Assembly (NCBI GenBank): GCA_031426335.1
Contig: JANPLC010000169.1
Coordinates: 1 to 57,203 of the forward strand
Source of the DNA: Planctomycetota bacterium
GTDB lineage: Bacteria > Planctomycetota > UBA11346
DNA length: 57,203 nucleotides
Reading direction: 5' to 3'
The notes under the pieces were generated by a model. The model had not been told where the DNA came from. It ran no database searches and saw only the letters and a list, made by a program, of their open reading frames with translations. Shown here one piece after another: positions 1 to 10,004 of the stretch. Positions within the stretch are counted from its first letter, which is position 1; every line of letters begins with the position of its first letter. A program made the translations under genes and the position numbers.

Positions 1-155
1 CCCCGTCGGTCAGCCGCAAGGCGCGGAAAGTGAAGGGCTAGCAGCGCTAGCTCGAACTTTTCGCAACGCCGCGGATGGCCGGCGCGGCCAAGGCAGGTGC
101 AGTGAATTTCTCGGACGGGACACTAGGCGAGCTAGGGCTCGCCTCTCCCAGGCGG

Positions 156-1304
156 TTACTTCCAGTGCTTGTCGGCAAAGTCGGCGAAGCGCATCCAATC
201 GTACTCGGTCAAATCGTGTTTGCCGGTGCGCAGGTGGTAGCCGATCTGCCCGTCGTGCAGCGGTGATTCCGGCGCAGGGAAAGTGGTAACTGGGAATCCA
301 CGCTGCTCGAACAACGCCCACACCGGCGCGGCCTCGACGCAGGCGCGGAACTCAGCCTTGGGATCCGCCCAGGCATCCTCGGTCGCACTGGCGACGTAGA
401 CCAGCCGCGGCGCGATGCTGGCGAGCAACTGGTGCTGATCGAACGGCATGTCGTTCTCGCGCTCGTTCCACTGCTTGTAGGTGGTGGTGAACCAATGCGG
501 AAAAGAGGCATTGATCTTGGCCACTCGTTCTCCCTGTTTGCCACGTGAAATCGCCGCGCCCGTGCAGCCGGAATTATTACTGATGGTCAGCGCCACGCGT
601 TCGTCCTGCGCGCCGCACCACAGCGCGGTTTTGCCGCCACGGCTGTGGCCGACCACGGCGATGCGTTTGGCATCGATGCCCGGCTGCTCGATCAGCGCAT
701 CGATCGCGCGACTCGCACCCCAGGCCCAGGCAGCGATGGTGGCCCACGCATCATCCGCGCGTGGTTTTCCCAGCGCATCGAACACCCCGTGCACGCCGTT
801 CTTGAAGTCGTCGTGTTTGTCCGGATCGATCTCGGCGTTGTCGAACGCGGCGATGGCGTAGCCGCGCGCGATCACTTGCTCTACCGGCCAGAAGGGCGAC
901 TTCTTCTCCCGCGTCGGATCGATGTTCTCTGCTGGTCGATTGCAAATCAGCAGGAAGCAGCCGACCGGTTTCTCGCGTTTGGTCGGCACGAACACCACGA
1001 CGTTCATGCCACCCACGCCACCTGGACCTTTCCAGCTGAGACGCAGTTGCCGGCGATCCGCCGTTCCACCCATCACGCCCGAGGCCGCTTCAGTTACGGT
1101 GATGGTCATGCCATCAGGATGGCCGACCGGCGCACGGCCATAGACATGATGCGCGAACAACTCGACCAGTTCAGCACGACGTGCGGGCCATTCGGCGGCG
1201 GTGGTGACCCGATTGCCGGCGCTGGTCACCAGCGGATCGGGTAGAGCAGACTCGCCAGCGAGGACGAAGCCGATGGCGGCAGACAACAGGAAGACGGTGC
1301 GCAT
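156..1304 (-). CDS. Secreted CE15-like (glucuronoyl/acetyl-xylan esterase) alpha/beta hydrolase
   Basis: G-H-S-R-G-G-K nucleophile motif, AWAWGASRAID and PFDQHQLLASIAPR motifs, late GKHD His. Signal peptide MRTVFLLSAAIGFVLA. ATG at 1304 has an AGGAG RBS, so the ORF-track start at 1334 is probably too long. Confidence 0.85.
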   Translation of the reverse strand: MRTVFLLSAAIGFVLAGESALPDPLVTSAGNRVTTAAEWPARRAELVELFAHHVYGRAPVGHPDGMTITVTEAASGVMGGTADRRQLRLSWKGPGGVGGMNVVVFVPTKREKPVGCFLLICNRPAENIDPTREKKSPFWPVEQVIARGYAIAAFDNAEIDPDKHDDFKNGVHGVFDALGKPRADDAWATIAAWAWGASRAIDALIEQPGIDAKRIAVVGHSRGGKTALWCGAQDERVALTISNNSGCTGAAISRGKQGERVAKINASFPHWFTTTYKQWNERENDMPFDQHQLLASIAPRLVYVASATEDAWADPKAEFRACVEAAPVWALFEQRGFPVTTFPAPESPLHDGQIGYHLRTGKHDLTEYDWMRFADFADKHWK

Positions 1305-1616
1305 CACGGGCTTCTCCTCAGAAATGGACGCCAACCAAGGACAATCGATACGGCGCCGTCACGCGCACGTCGCACGACACTTCGAAGCGTTGGCCAGGTA
1401 CCAGCCGATGACACACGTCACCGCATCCAATCGCTGCCGGCCACCGTCACCTGATGCGCGTTCGACCCATCAGGGCCCGCAACGCAACGTCGCGTAACGT
1501 TGCGTGTGCGCGACACCCGGGTGGTTCGGCAAGCGCGAGCAGCAGGAATCTGTAACCTGTGGGGTCTCTCCCGGATGGTTCTGTGTCTTCACATCGTCAC
1601 CGCCAGGAACCTGCCC

Positions 1617-3524
1617 ATGTCCAGCTTTCCGCTTCAGCTCGTCCTGTTAGCGCTGTGCACCCTCCCAGGACTACACGCCGCCGTCGGCGACGGCTTTTGG
1701 CGCACCGACGGCAACCAGATCAAGGACGCCGCCGGGAACGTCGTGCGTTTCAGCGGCGTGAACTGGCATGGTATGGACAGCGAGAACCTCATTCCGCACG
1801 GTTTGTGGGGCCAGGCGAATCCGGCGCGGGTGCATTCGATCGAGGACCACCTCGACGAGATGAAGACGTGCGGCTTCAACCTCATTCGGCTGGCATTCAG
1901 TTCCGAGATCTTCATCCCAGGGCAGAAACCCCGACAGACCGCGATCGATCCGACCAAGAACGCCGACCTGCTGAACAAGACCTGCCTGGAGATCCTCGAC
2001 CGCATCGTCGCTTCGGCCGGGGCGCGCGGCATCCGCATCATCCTCGACTACCATCGCCTGACTGGTGGTGGTGCGGCCGAGGACGGCCACTGGTACGACG
2101 GCGCGCATCCCGAGACCCAGTGGATCGCCAACTGGAAGGCGCTCGCCACGCGTTACAAAAACGATCCGACGGTGGTCGGCGCCGATCTGTTCAACGAAGT
2201 GCACGGCCCGGTGACGTGGAAAGCCGACAACGTCGACGTCGCCAACAACTGGCGGTGGGCGGCGAAACGCTGCGCCAACGAGATCCTCGCCATCCATCCG
2301 AACCTGCTGATCTGCGTCCAAGGCCTGCATTCGTACAATGGACAAGGCGGCTGGTGGGGCGCCGTACACCTGGGCCTGAAGGACCACCCGCTCACGCTAA
2401 ACGTCGCCAACCGCTTGGTTTACCAGGTGCATGACTACGGCCCGGTGGTGTGGGATCAGCCCTTCCATCAGGTCGCCAACGGTTTTCCCAACAGCCTGAC
2501 CGCACATTGGGACACCCAGTGGGGGTTTATCCACAACGACAACCTCGGCCCGATCTGGGTTGGCGAGTGGGGCAGCTTTTTGAATCAGGCCCAGATCGAT
2601 CATCTGGAAAACGAACAAGGCGGTGATCAGAACTACGACGATCGCGGTCAGCGGGAGATCAACGGCTGGTTCCCCAAACTGCGCGACTACATCGACGCCA
2701 AGAACCTGTCGTGGACGTGGTGGACCTGGACACCGGAATCACGCGACACCGGTGGCATCCTCAACAACGACTACAGCGTCAACACGGCCAAGGCGAATCT
2801 CCTGAATGCGGTGAAATACCCAGCCTTCGCGCCGTCGGGACCGGGTGTCGTGCCGCCGACCAACAGCGCACCGACGGCGGTGATCAACGGCACACCCGCG
2901 AGCGGCACCGCGCCGGTGACGGTCAGCTTCAATGCCAACGGTTCGAGCGATCCCGATGGCGACACCCTGACCTATGCCTGGACGTTTGGTGATGGGGGAA
3001 CAGCCACCGGACAATCGCCTTCACACACCTACACGACGAACGGTGTCTACACCGCTACCGTGACCGTGAGCGATGGTCATGCGCACCACGTGAGCGCGAC
3101 CAAAACCATCACCGTGTCTTCAACTCCGCCACCGAACAGCGCACCGACGGCGTTGATCAGCGCTACGCCAGCGATTGGAACCACACCGCTGGCGGTTGCT
3201 TTCAGCGCTGCCGGTTCCAGCGATCCCGATGGCGACACCCTGACGTACGCCTGGACCTTTGGTGATGGTGGGACCGCCACCGGCGTGGCCCCCAGCCACA
3301 CCTACGTGACGGTCGGTTCCTTCACCGTCACGCTCGTCATCAACGATGGTCACAGCCATACCGCCAATGCGACCAAGGTCATTGTGACGAACGCCAGCGG
3401 TGGCGCTCCCAGCACCGGCACACCCGCAGAAAGCGGCGGGAAATGCGGCATGGGTGGTGGAATCGCGGCGATGCTGCTGACGCTGGTTCTGTCGTTGCGC
3501 CTACGGCGGCGTTCGCTGGTATGA
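1617..3524 (+). CDS. Secreted GH5 endoglucanase-like enzyme with two PKD domains and a C-terminal membrane anchor
   Basis: GVNWHG, DLFNEVH (acid/base Glu), HDYG and WVGEWG (nucleophile Glu) motifs. Two SSDPDGDTLTYAWTFGDG PKD repeats. C-terminus GGKCGMGGG, hydrophobic helix, RLRRR. Start chosen at the signal peptide MSSFPLQLVLLALC. Confidence 0.88.
   Translation: MSSFPLQLVLLALCTLPGLHAAVGDGFWRTDGNQIKDAAGNVVRFSGVNWHGMDSENLIPHGLWGQANPARVHSIEDHLDEMKTCGFNLIRLAFSSEIFIPGQKPRQTAIDPTKNADLLNKTCLEILDRIVASAGARGIRIILDYHRLTGGGAAEDGHWYDGAHPETQWIANWKALATRYKNDPTVVGADLFNEVHGPVTWKADNVDVANNWRWAAKRCANEILAIHPNLLICVQGLHSYNGQGGWWGAVHLGLKDHPLTLNVANRLVYQVHDYGPVVWDQPFHQVANGFPNSLTAHWDTQWGFIHNDNLGPIWVGEWGSFLNQAQIDHLENEQGGDQNYDDRGQREINGWFPKLRDYIDAKNLSWTWWTWTPESRDTGGILNNDYSVNTAKANLLNAVKYPAFAPSGPGVVPPTNSAPTAVINGTPASGTAPVTVSFNANGSSDPDGDTLTYAWTFGDGGTATGQSPSHTYTTNGVYTATVTVSDGHAHHVSATKTITVSSTPPPNSAPTALISATPAIGTTPLAVAFSAAGSSDPDGDTLTYAWTFGDGGTATGVAPSHTYVTVGSFTVTLVINDGHSHTANATKVIVTNASGGAPSTGTPAESGGKCGMGGGIAAMLLTLVLSLRLRRRSLV
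2861..3390 (+). repeat. Internal duplication encoding the two PKD domains (about 2861-3120 and 3134-3390)
   Basis: Shared blocks aacagcgcaccgacggcg and agcgatcccgatggcgacaccctgac recur about 273 nt apart. Confidence 0.8.
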
Positions 3525-3544
3525 ATGACGTGGCGGGCTGAACC

Positions 3545-4075
3545 ATGGATGCAGCGCTTTTCGAACAGGAATGTCAGCGGCACCGACAGTCGCTGCTGGC
3601 GTACGCCTACACCTGTTCGCGCGACCTGCATCTGGCGGAAGACATTGTCCAAGAGGCGCTGCTGATCGCGCTGCGTAAACGTGAGCACTACTTTCCCGAT
3701 GCCGACTTCGGTGCGTGGCTGATCGCCATCGCGCGCAACGTGTGGTTCCGCGAGCGTGAACGGCGGAACATCCGCGAGCGGGCCAATCGTTACCTGCACG
3801 ATCACGCCACTGAACTCTTCGAAGCAACGGCCTATGAGCCGAGCGCGTGGGAGCAGGAACGCAGCGCGCTGCGCCGTTGCCTGAACAAGCTCGGCGAAGG
3901 CGACCGCGGCCTGATCACCGCGCACTTCACCACGGGCGATTCCTACCAGACCATCGCCGATCGCCTCAGCCGTACCTTGTCGTGGGTCAAGGTGCGGATG
4001 TTCCGCGTGCGTGCGGCGTTGCTCCACTGCGTCAAGGACAACCTCGCGCTCACCCACACAGACGGTGCGCCATGA
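3545..4075 (+). CDS. ECF sigma-70 factor
   Basis: Region 2 (AEDIVQEALL...WLIAIARN) and region 4 (SYQTIA...VKVRMFRVRAAL). TGA overlaps the ATG of the next gene (ATGA 4072-4075). Confidence 0.92.
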   Translation: MDAALFEQECQRHRQSLLAYAYTCSRDLHLAEDIVQEALLIALRKREHYFPDADFGAWLIAIARNVWFRERERRNIRERANRYLHDHATELFEATAYEPSAWEQERSALRRCLNKLGEGDRGLITAHFTTGDSYQTIADRLSRTLSWVKVRMFRVRAALLHCVKDNLALTHTDGAP

Positions 4076-6624
4076 TGCGCGACGATCTGGTGGCCTGGCT
4101 CGATGGCGAATGCGACGACGCCCAGGCCACGGTTATTGAACAGGCCTTGGAAGAAGATGCCGGACTGCGTGCGCACCTCGCCACGTTGGTGCGCCAACGC
4201 GTGCTGTTGGCCGAGGTGTGCGATCAGCGAGACGGCACTGGCCGCCTCGCCAATCGTCGGCCTGTCAGCAAGCAGGTCCGTGCCACCGTGCGGCTGCCAC
4301 GTCGATCGCCAGCACGCTGGTGGATTGCCGCTGCCGCCGGCATCCTGGTGGTCGTCGGTGTGCTGCTGATGCCATTCTCGCCGACCGGCTCACCACCTGG
4401 CATTGCCGTACTCACCACCAGTGGCGAGGGTGTCGTGCGGCTGGTGCGCAGCGGACGCGAGCCACTGCGGACCGGTGCTGCACTCCACGCGGGTGATCGC
4501 CTGGAAATCCCCGCGCTGACCTTCGCCGACCTGCGGCTGCGCGATGGCAGCACCATCACCATTGCCGGCGACAGCACGGTGGTGTTGCAGCCGGATCTGA
4601 GCGAACGTCTGCACCTCGAACGTGGGGCGCTCACCGCCACGGTAACGGCGCAGCCGAACGGGACGGTCTTCGCCATCGGCACCGCGCATGGACGCGCGAC
4701 GGTGCTGGGCACCCGTTTCACCCTGGCGGTGACACGCAGCGCCACGCACCTGCACGTCGACCACGGAAGCGTACGGCTGGCGGCGCATGGGCACGACGGT
4801 GTGGTGATCGCCGCGGGCGACCGCGCGAAACTTGACGGCGATGGCGTGGTCGCGCGTCTGCCAGCACCTGAACCGACACCCCTGGTCATTCCACCGCAAC
4901 GACCAACCACCCCAGCGGCAGCCAGTGTCTCCTTGTTACCAGCCGATCCCTGGGCCGGCGCCAACGTTGGTACCGACGATGGGCGCGGTGTGCCGCGTGA
5001 GATCTTCACCCTCAGCGGCCAACCGTTCGCCCAGGCGCTGCGCATCACCACGCCCAGCGACCTGATCGCCGATCCACGCCACACCGGCGAGTACGCCCTA
5101 CGCGTCCGCCTGTCGCTGACCGCACCGATCCGCAAGGGCGACGCGGTCCTGGCGCGGATGTGGCTGCGCAGTGGTGATGGCCGACCGGCGCAGACCCGGC
5201 TGGTGATTGAGGATCCCGCCAGCCACGTGCAGTCGCTCAGCGCTGCGCTGCTGGCACAGCCACAGTGGCGGCAGGTCGAACTACCGTTCCATGTGCTCGC
5301 CGATGGTGACGCCGGCACGGTGGAGGCGCAGCTGTGGCTCGGACGCCTCGGTCAGACCATCGAGGTCGGCGGACTGACGTTGACCAACCACGGCAGCACC
5401 ACGCTGCGTGCGCTGGTACCGCAGGCCACCTACGATGGCCGTGCCGCCGACGCACCATGGCGCAGCGCAGCAAACCAGCGCATCGTCCAGCATCGCCTCA
5501 GCCAACTCGAGGTGGTGATCGAGGACGCCCTGGGCCGCCCAGTTCCCGCTGCAACGGTCCAGGTGCGTGTTCGGGCACCGGCGTTGCGCTTCGGCACGGC
5601 GGTGGTCGCCGAACGGTTGCTCGGCAGCGAGCCCGACGATGCGCGCTACCGCGATGAACTGCTGGCGCGTTTCACCATCGCCGTCCCGGAGAACGCGCTC
5701 AAGTGGCCGGAGCGGGAACGAGATCCCACGTTCAGCGAACGCGCCACCACCTGGCTGAACGGACAGGGTCTGCCGGTACGCGGCCACACGCTGGTGTGGC
5801 TGCAACGCGAACATCTGCCGGCGGATCTGCGAGCCCAAGCGGATGATCCCGTGGTGATCAACAAACGGCTGGACCGCCACCTGCGTGCGACGGTGCAGGC
5901 ATTGCGTGGAAAGCTCAGCGCGTGGGATGTGGTCAACGATCCGTACAGCGCGGACCTGCTGCTGAGTGGCGATGGCCGTGAACACCTCCAGCGCTGGTTT
6001 GCCGCGGTGCAGGAACTCGATCCGGCGACGCCACGTTTCCTCAACCTCTTCGGCGTGCTCGATGACGGCGGTGCGGACCTCAGGCGTCAGGAGTTCTATG
6101 AACAGCTGATCACGGCACTGCTCGCCGCTGGCGTGCCGCTCGACGGCCTTGGCCTGCAGTGCCATCAGGATCGCAACCTCACGTCGCCGGAGCGCCTCAA
6201 CACGTTGATCGAACGTTTTGCGCGCTTCGGCCTGCCGATCCACCTCACCGAATTCGAGGTCGATATCGACGACGACGCACTGCAAGCCGACTACACCCGC
6301 GACGCGCTGACGGTATTCGCCAGCCAACCCGCTGTGCGCACGGTGCTCGCCTGGGGCTTCTGGGCCGGCGATCACCACCGTCCACAGGCGGCAATGCTGC
6401 GCCCCGATTGGTCGCTCAAAGCCAACGGCCAAGTGTGGGATGACTTGGTCCTCGGACGCTGGTCGGGCATCGCCGAGGGCCGAAGCGATCGCGAGGGCCG
6501 TTGCCGGCTGAGTACGGCGCGCGGCGAGTTGGAAGTCACCGTCACGCACAACGGCCGCCGCCTCATCCACACGCTGCGCGCCGACGCCGCCGAGGTGCCG
6601 CTGCGCCTGCGCCTGGAGCCCTGA
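4072..6624 (+). CDS. Anti-sigma factor: N-terminal anti-sigma segment, TM helix, FecR domain, CBM-like domain and GH10 domain with altered catalytic site
   Basis: LVAWLDGE N-terminus; TM WWIAAAAGILVVVGVLL; FecR motifs LRDGSTITI, LERG, TAHGRATVLGTRF, VDHGSV; GH10 motifs PENALKW, VRGHTLVW, WDVVND, GLGLQCH, HLTEF, WGF. Translationally coupled to the ECF gene. Confidence 0.85.
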   Translation: MMRDDLVAWLDGECDDAQATVIEQALEEDAGLRAHLATLVRQRVLLAEVCDQRDGTGRLANRRPVSKQVRATVRLPRRSPARWWIAAAAGILVVVGVLLMPFSPTGSPPGIAVLTTSGEGVVRLVRSGREPLRTGAALHAGDRLEIPALTFADLRLRDGSTITIAGDSTVVLQPDLSERLHLERGALTATVTAQPNGTVFAIGTAHGRATVLGTRFTLAVTRSATHLHVDHGSVRLAAHGHDGVVIAAGDRAKLDGDGVVARLPAPEPTPLVIPPQRPTTPAAASVSLLPADPWAGANVGTDDGRGVPREIFTLSGQPFAQALRITTPSDLIADPRHTGEYALRVRLSLTAPIRKGDAVLARMWLRSGDGRPAQTRLVIEDPASHVQSLSAALLAQPQWRQVELPFHVLADGDAGTVEAQLWLGRLGQTIEVGGLTLTNHGSTTLRALVPQATYDGRAADAPWRSAANQRIVQHRLSQLEVVIEDALGRPVPAATVQVRVRAPALRFGTAVVAERLLGSEPDDARYRDELLARFTIAVPENALKWPERERDPTFSERATTWLNGQGLPVRGHTLVWLQREHLPADLRAQADDPVVINKRLDRHLRATVQALRGKLSAWDVVNDPYSADLLLSGDGREHLQRWFAAVQELDPATPRFLNLFGVLDDGGADLRRQEFYEQLITALLAAGVPLDGLGLQCHQDRNLTSPERLNTLIERFARFGLPIHLTEFEVDIDDDALQADYTRDALTVFASQPAVRTVLAWGFWAGDHHRPQAAMLRPDWSLKANGQVWDDLVLGRWSGIAEGRSDREGRCRLSTARGELEVTVTHNGRRLIHTLRADAAEVPLRLRLEP

Positions 6625-6742
6625 TCCGCACCACGGTTGCTGATTGGCCGGCGCCGACGCAGCCCTTCCCGCGTCCTTGACCCGGTATTGATCCGTGGTG
6701 AATCCCGCAGGCAGACTGGCCTCCACCACCCGCGGAATTTCC

Positions 6743-7924
6743 ATGACCATCCTGGTACTCAATGCCGGCAGTTCGTCGCTCAAACTCGCGGTGCTCGATC
6801 CCGTCAGCGGGGTACGGCGATTGACCGCACTGGCGGAGCGTCTGGGTACGCCACAGGCCAGTGTGCGCGTCAATCGAGAGGACGCCGTCGCTCTGGACGA
6901 TCCGTCGTTCGCTGGGGCGTTGACGTTTCTGCAACCGCGCCTGCAGGAGCGCGACTTGCGCATCCACGGCATCGGCCACCGAGTAGTGCATGGCGGTGAA
7001 CAGTTCACCGCCGCGACGTTGATCGACGACGCGGTCTGTCGCGCGATCGATACCTGCAGCCGTTTGGCGCCACTGCACAATCCGGCGAACCTCGCCGGCA
7101 TCACCGCCACGCGCACGTTGTTCCCGGACTTGCCCCAGGTGGCGGTGTTCGACACCGCCTTTCATCAGACCATGCCGCCCCAGGCGTGGCGTTACGCCGT
7201 GCCGGAAGCGTGGTACCGTGAGCACGGCGTGCGGCGCTATGGCTTTCACGGCACCAGCCACCGCTACGTCGCTGCGCGTGCGGCGGAAATGATTGGTCGG
7301 CCATTGGCGGAACTGGCGCTGATCACCGCTCACCTCGGCAACGGTTGTAGCGCTGCGGCGATCAGCGGCGGACGTTCACTCGACACCACCATGGGGCTGA
7401 CACCGCTCGAAGGTCTGGTGATGGGCACGCGCAGTGGTGATGTGGACCCAGGGATCATCGCCCACCTGGTGCAGGCCACTGGCCAGGACGCCGTCGCCAT
7501 CACGCGCCAGCTCAACAGCGCCAGTGGTCTGCTGGGTCTGTCCGGCCTGAGCAACGACATGCGCACCATCACCACCGCGGCCGCCGACGGCCATCCCGGT
7601 GCGAATCTGGCGCTGACGGTGTTCTGCTATCGTTTGGCCAAACATATCGCCGCGTTGACGGTCGCTCTCGGGCGGCTCGATGCCTTGGTGTTCACCGGTG
7701 GCATCGGTGAACACAGTGCCGTGGTGCGCGCCCGCACGCTGGCCCTGCTCGGCTTCCTGGGACTACGTGAAGACCCCGTCGCCAACGCTAGCGATGGCGA
7801 TGCGAACGGACGTATCACCCTGCCCGGCGGCACCCAGGCGCTGGTGGTGCCGACCGACGAAGAACGTCTGATCGCGCAGGACACCGCCGACCTGATTGCC
7901 CGCCGTCGTGAAAGCACCCGCTGA
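6743..7924 (+). CDS. ackA: Acetate kinase
   Basis: ILVLNAGSSSLK, GHRVVHGG, LAPLHNP, FDTAFH, RRYGFHGTSH, HLGNG and FTGGIGE motifs. Confidence 0.97.
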   Translation: MTILVLNAGSSSLKLAVLDPVSGVRRLTALAERLGTPQASVRVNREDAVALDDPSFAGALTFLQPRLQERDLRIHGIGHRVVHGGEQFTAATLIDDAVCRAIDTCSRLAPLHNPANLAGITATRTLFPDLPQVAVFDTAFHQTMPPQAWRYAVPEAWYREHGVRRYGFHGTSHRYVAARAAEMIGRPLAELALITAHLGNGCSAAAISGGRSLDTTMGLTPLEGLVMGTRSGDVDPGIIAHLVQATGQDAVAITRQLNSASGLLGLSGLSNDMRTITTAAADGHPGANLALTVFCYRLAKHIAALTVALGRLDALVFTGGIGEHSAVVRARTLALLGFLGLREDPVANASDGDANGRITLPGGTQALVVPTDEERLIAQDTADLIARRRESTR

Positions 7925-7940
7925 AAGGGTTGAGACCACC

Positions 7941-9989
7941 ATGCCCCATACGCTGCTGATCGTTCCTACCGGCCACGGCGTCGGCCTGACCACCGCGTGT
8001 CTGGCGCTGATCCGCGCCTGCGAACGCCAAGGCGTGCCGGTGGGGTTCTGCAAACCGATCACCCAACGCAGCGATCCCACGAAAGAACGCTCGACCGCGC
8101 TAGTGCGGCTGGCCACCACCATCACTCCGCCGGAACCGATCGCCCGCGATCGCGCCGAAGCGTTGCTCAGTACCGCCGAGGATCAGCGTCTACTCGAAGA
8201 AGTCGTCGCTCGACTCGAACCAGCACTGCGTGGCGTCGAGGTGATGATCGTCGAAGGTCTCGCCGGCGGCGATGCCAGCCTGCCCGCGGAACGCATCAAC
8301 CAGGCGCTGGCGAGTTCACTCGATGCCGACGTGGTGCTGGTCGGCGATCTGCACGGCACTGGTGAGCAGGAGACCGCTGAAGCCCTGGCCATCGCCGCGC
8401 GGCCCTACGACAACGACGACAACCACCGGGTGATCGGCTGCATCCTCAACCGCGTGGCACCAGAACAGGTGGCGGGGTGCCGCCGTGCGCTTGCTGCGCG
8501 CCAGTTATCGTTGATCGGTGCACTGCCGGTGGTGCCAGAGCTCAGCCAACCGCGCATCATCGATCTGGTCCGCCGCCTGAAGCTGCACGTGCTGGTGGCC
8601 GGCGAAGACCACCGCCGCATAGCGCAGACTATCGTGCTGGCGCAGTCGCTCCCAGGAGCGCTCGCGTCGTTCAAACCCGACAGCCTGCTGATCACTCCTG
8701 GGGATCGCCACGACATCATCGTCTCGGTGGCACTCGCCGCGCACGGTGGCACGCGTTTCGCCGGGCTGCTGCTGAGCGCCAACCTGCGGCCCGATCCGGC
8801 AGTGATGGCCCTGGTGACGCCCGCTACGGGCATCCGCCTGCCGGTGTTGTTGTCCGCCAACAACACCTACGACACCGCCACCGCCGTCCACCAGATGGAC
8901 CGCGAGGTCGCCTCGGACGACCGCGAACGGGCCGAGCTGGCGATGGGTTTGGCTGATCACCTGGATCCCGCCTGGGTGACCACGTTGGTCGCCTCCACCC
9001 GCGAGCACCGCCTGAGTCCGCCGGCCTTCCGCCACCGCCTGATGGAACGCGCGCGTCTCGCCAACCGCCGCATCGTCCTGCCCGAAGGCGAGGAACCGCG
9101 CACCATCCGCGCCGCCATCCAGTGCCAGGAACGCGGCATCGCACGCTGCGTGCTGCTGGCCCGTCCCGAGGTCTTGTCGGCGCAGGTGCGCCAACTCGGC
9201 GTGACGCTGCCGCCCGGGTTGGAAGTCATCGATCCGACGACCATCGCCGAACGCTACGTCGCGCCGCTGGTCGAGCTGCGCAAGGCCAAGGGCATGACCG
9301 AGCCGCGCGCGCGCGAGGAACTCTCCGACAGCATCGTGGTCGGCACCATGATGCTCAAACTCGGTGAGGTCGACGGACTGGTCAGCGGCGCGGTGCACAC
9401 CACCGCGCACACCATCCGCCCGGCGTTGCAGCTGATCAAGACCGCCGAGGGCTCGTCGCTGGTGTCATCGATCTTCTTCATGTGCTTGCCGGAGCAGGTG
9501 GTGGTCTATGGCGATTGCGCGGTGAATCCCGACCCCACCGCCGAACAACTGGCCGACATCGCCCTGCAGAGCGCCGACAGCGCGCGCGCCTTCGGCATCG
9601 AACCGCGCGTGGCGATGATCAGCTATTCCACCGGCGCGAGCGGCAGCGGCAGCGATGTCGACAAAGTGCGCGAAGCCACGCGTCTAGCGCGTGAACGCCG
9701 CCCTGGGCTCGCCATCGATGGCCCGCTGCAATACGACGCCGCGGCCATCGCCAGCGTCGCGCGCACCAAGCTGCCCGATAGCACGGTCGCCGGCCACGCC
9801 AACGTCTTTATCTTTCCCGACCTCAACACCGGCAACACCACCTACAAAGCCGTGCAACGCAGCGCGCAGGTGGTGAGCATCGGCCCGATGCTGCAAGGGT
9901 TGGCCAAACCGGTAAACGACCTCAGCCGCGGCGCCCTGGTGGAGGACATCGTCTACACCATCGCACTGACGGCGATCCAGGCGGGGTGA
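7941..9989 (+). CDS. pta: Phosphate acetyltransferase, long form (BioD-like, DRTGG and PTA domains)
   Basis: GVGLT N-terminal motif, ITPGDR, IVLPEGEEPRT, GLVSGAVHTTA, DCAVNP, GPLQYDAA, FPDLNTGNTTYKAVQR, PVNDLSRG. Follows ackA. Confidence 0.97.
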   Translation: MPHTLLIVPTGHGVGLTTACLALIRACERQGVPVGFCKPITQRSDPTKERSTALVRLATTITPPEPIARDRAEALLSTAEDQRLLEEVVARLEPALRGVEVMIVEGLAGGDASLPAERINQALASSLDADVVLVGDLHGTGEQETAEALAIAARPYDNDDNHRVIGCILNRVAPEQVAGCRRALAARQLSLIGALPVVPELSQPRIIDLVRRLKLHVLVAGEDHRRIAQTIVLAQSLPGALASFKPDSLLITPGDRHDIIVSVALAAHGGTRFAGLLLSANLRPDPAVMALVTPATGIRLPVLLSANNTYDTATAVHQMDREVASDDRERAELAMGLADHLDPAWVTTLVASTREHRLSPPAFRHRLMERARLANRRIVLPEGEEPRTIRAAIQCQERGIARCVLLARPEVLSAQVRQLGVTLPPGLEVIDPTTIAERYVAPLVELRKAKGMTEPRAREELSDSIVVGTMMLKLGEVDGLVSGAVHTTAHTIRPALQLIKTAEGSSLVSSIFFMCLPEQVVVYGDCAVNPDPTAEQLADIALQSADSARAFGIEPRVAMISYSTGASGSGSDVDKVREATRLARERRPGLAIDGPLQYDAAAIASVARTKLPDSTVAGHANVFIFPDLNTGNTTYKAVQRSAQVVSIGPMLQGLAKPVNDLSRGALVEDIVYTIALTAIQAG

Positions 9990-10004
9990 CGCTGCCTCGG
10001 CGAC

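Noticed and set aside
1-155. Palindrome-rich sequence at the window start (similar texture at 37655-37845 and 54948-55096)
   Set aside because: Probably REP-like remnants, but I could not align them to each other or define ends.
5281-7155. 624-aa minus-strand ORF
   Set aside because: Shadow of the FecR-GH10 gene and ackA.
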